64,000 nucleotides of DNA from Tubiluchus corallicola (Eukaryota; Animalia; Priapulida), in NCBI GenBank assembly GCA_030141605.1, contig JAQGDQ010000149.1:359789-423788 (forward strand), in the 5' to 3' direction. Position numbers and translations under genes: made by a program. Shown piece by piece: positions 61,201 to 64,000 of this stretch. The notes beneath the pieces were generated by a model. It was not told the DNA's origin. It made no database searches and was given only the letters and a program-made list of their open reading frames with translations. How positions within the stretch are numbered: the first letter of the stretch is position 1; each line of letters starts with the position of its first letter.

Positions 61201-63708
61201 AGTAGGGATGCTAAACTGACAAGACGAAATTTCTTCGGTGGCGGCATCTGTGCATATCACCCGGCTATAGCTGGATCTAAGACCTTCCCGTGACGCTTTG
61301 CCAATTACGCCCTGTACCGTCCAGCCTAAACGCGTAAGAACAGCATAACAATTAAAATCTGGGTGGCTAATGACTTGCAGAGGCTCCATTGCCTTTGGTG
61401 TGTTCATGCCTAATAGTAAACCAACTTCAACATTGTGCATTATTGGATGGAGTGATTTCGCTATGTCCCGCAAATGCCTCAATTCTTCCACTTTGTTAGG
61501 ATCTGGTATCTCGTTTCTATCTGCAGGATAGAACTCTTTCGTAAACAAACGTGGCAACTCAACGACGTTGCTACCATTCAAGCGCGAAACGCATAAACCA
61601 TCAATTCCTTGTGATTTAATTAAATGAGTCCCACTAAGTGTGCGTAGGCGGATGTCAGTATCCTGCCCGGTAGCCCCTAATTCTTCAGCTAGCTCTTCCG
61701 AAATGAAGCCGTCATTACTACCTGGGTCTAAGAAGCAGTAGGCTACGCGGCTATTATGAACGTTATCTTTGTGAAAGATTTTAACTGGGACTATTGCCAT
61801 TGAAACTACGCTGTCGGCTGAAGTTACGTTACTAGTGTTTACGCGAGAAATTGACGCAGTCGAAGTTGATTGATGTTGATTTGTAGGCTTAGCTTCACGT
61901 ATTGCATCCGTTTGTAACTGTGAACTATCGCTGCTTACACCTGACTGTGATTGCGTGTCGATATGAAGCACCGTGGGATGCGTGCGCTTGCATATATCAC
62001 AATGTTTCTTAGATCTACAATCCTTATACGCATGAAAAGTCCCATTCAAGCATCCAAAACAAATTTTATTGTCTTTGACAAACTTTCTTTTGGCATCGTA
62101 GGAAAGCTGACTGAACTCTTTGCATTTATCTAAACGATGATTAGTAGCTGAACAATAGAAACAAGGCCTTTGTTTTAGAGTTTGACCCTTTGACATATTA
62201 TTAGAGTCAATAGCGAATGATGACGATTTGCGACTACCACCTTTGGAAGTCTTAAATGTATGCTCTTCCCCTTTATCTGTAGATTTTGCCATAGCTTGTC
62301 GGCTAAGAATAGGATGAGATAGACCTTTCGTCCTGTCACTGATATGCTTAACTACCTCAGTGAATTTCGGCGGTCTACCATAACGCTTTTCTATTTTCTG
62401 CGCATGCTCAAGAACTTGATCTTGCATACGATAGGGTAGCTTAGAACAAACTAATTGTATAGTACACGGGTCATCTAGCGATAACAAATATGCATTATGA
62501 TGCATAGATGCTCCACAATTGTTCAGAAAAGCAGAAAACTCTTCAACTGAATCGACGTCATCCATTTTTGTGATAGGCTTCCAAGATCTCAATTTAGTTT
62601 TAAATGCTGCGGCAGCAACTGACGAATTCCCGAATTTAGCGTGCAATGCGGCAACGGCATGATCGTACGGCTTCCTATTATTCTCTGATGCTTCAACTAA
62701 TGTCTGTGCCTTTCCTTCAGTGTACTGAACCAAATATCTGTACAACTGTAATTGATCGGTTATGCAAGTTTCAAATGTCTGTTTAAAAACTGTGATAAAG
62801 GCGTTATATTTTGTTACGTCATGTCCATTAAATTTCACCAATTCAGGCATCGGTAATTTTTGCAAACTGACTATCTGATTAAGACATTTCGCTTGATCTA
62901 GAAAAGCTTTAGCAATTAACTCGTTGCTCTGCTGTGGTCTTGGATCCTGGACAACAGCAGATTGACGTTGCGGTGAATATGGACGATTGCCAAGTGACCT
63001 ATTCGACTGGAACGACCGGTTTGAACCGACTGACTGACCGCCTGACTTATCATCATCAATGTCGTCTTCCATTTCTGCAGACAACAGGCTTTTTCGTAAC
63101 TTGACCTCATTTAATGCTCGCTTATTTTCAATTTCGTTTAATTCTTGCTGAATTTTAGCTTCAGCCATGCGCCTTTTGATTTTGGCTTCCTCGTCATTTA
63201 ATTCTAGGGCTTTCTCAATGTATGCTTGTGAGCGACGGCTAACGTTACTAACTCCAGATTTAACTGAATGGGCTTGTGACCTTGGCTGAGTTTTAGTTAG
63301 AGGTGCAAGGCTAATATCTTCTTCACTAATCGGCCTACTATCCCGGGCAAACGAATATGCATTGAACGGCTCAATAACTCGTGGTCGATGGCTACTGTAG
63401 TCCGGCATTCTTTGTGATTGCTCTCGTGAGATGTCTACTAACGTGCGCTGCTGTAAGTCCGCAACAGGTAGTTGTTGACCTTGACCATCAGGTGTCTGGG
63501 ATTCGCTTATCGGCTCAGGTAAATCGTCTATTATGGCGTCGCTTGTTCTCTCGGCTTCATGGCGGGCGTCTCTCGCGTCCTCCAACATCCTGGCGATGAG
63601 TTGGTCCTTAGTGCCCTCCTCTGGTAGTCCATAGTCCATACATAAGTTTTTCAAATCGGCTTTGTGCATCTTACGCAAGTTGCTCTCCGTGAGTGCTAAT
63701 TGAGCCAT
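58221..63708 (-). pseudogene. Disrupted BEL/Pao gag-pol polyprotein
   Basis: N-terminal SAP-like motif; knuckles CFYC..H..C, CFGC..H..C and CDIC..H..LH; protease FLDPGS; RT ADIQSMY, LFGAVSS, YVDD; RNase H FSDASE, PRLEL, WSDS; integrase MDAFGP, SDCGTNF, WERLI; C-terminal FWTRWKREYL. Broken by a 20-nt insertion near 60400-60420, a 1-nt deletion near 58661 and an apparent in-frame deletion near 59315. Confidence 0.93.
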
Positions 63709-63722
63709 CTCTACACCCCTAG

Positions 63723-63735
63723 CAGTAAATGTCTA
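63723..63735 (-). promoter_or_regulatory. Non-tRNA primer-binding site (TAGACATTTACTG)
   Basis: It directly follows the CA end of the 5' LTR, lacks the TGG needed to pair with tRNA CCA, and is complementary to the predicted spliced LTR transcript. Confidence 0.7.
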
Positions 63736-64000
63736 TGATGTGGATGCGCCCAGTCCAGGCAATAAAACGGCAAAAATCAATGTTGAATTGTGCGATAGAC
63801 CTGCAATTTATTAAAATACAGGATTACAAAAGGTGCTTTGGAATGTGCAAAAGCTTATTACCATTTAGACAAAAAGTTTTAAGAAGTTTTAAGAAGACTG
63901 AAACAAATTATTACTTTATGACTCTATGAAGCAATTTTAACCAATTTAAACGTTTAACTAATTATAAAGGTAGATGTGACTTACATTTACTGGTGACTTG
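63736..64000 (-). repeat. 5' LTR (partial, continues past window)
   Basis: 265 bp align without gaps to 57677-57941, with three transition differences. Confidence 0.95.

Larger units (their letters stand above)
57677..64000 (-). mobile_element. BEL/Pao LTR retrotransposon, antisense in the UBXN1 intron, 5' LTR cut by the window edge
   Basis: Two direct LTR copies 6059 bp apart and a PPT. A single gag-pol frame with three Cys/His knuckles and domain order PR-RT-RH-IN carries Pao-type motifs. Confidence 0.96.

Overview
AT-rich, intron-rich animal (invertebrate-like) genomic DNA. I reconstructed five spliced genes by hand from GT/AG boundaries and reading-frame continuity. (1) Neudesin/NENF on the minus strand runs off the left edge. 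(2) Arp2/ACTR2 (+) lies head-to-head with it. (3) CFAP36/CCDC104 (+) is convergent with (4) PPP4R3/SMEK (-). (5) The first coding exon of a UBXN1-like gene (+) follows. Introns hold CR1-like LINE fragments, a decayed CGGBP-type hAT transposon, several MITEs and local duplications. The right end is a young but disabled BEL/Pao LTR retrotransposon on the minus strand. The most striking observation is in this element. Its primer-binding site is not tRNA-like. Instead it is perfectly complementary (14 nt) to a sequence that exists only after a canonical 184-nt GT-AG intron inside the LTR is spliced out, and the LTR poly(A) signal sits inside that intron. This suggests splicing-dependent self-priming of reverse transcription, an inference I have not tested. 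Gene names rest on my recognition of protein motifs; no database searches were run.
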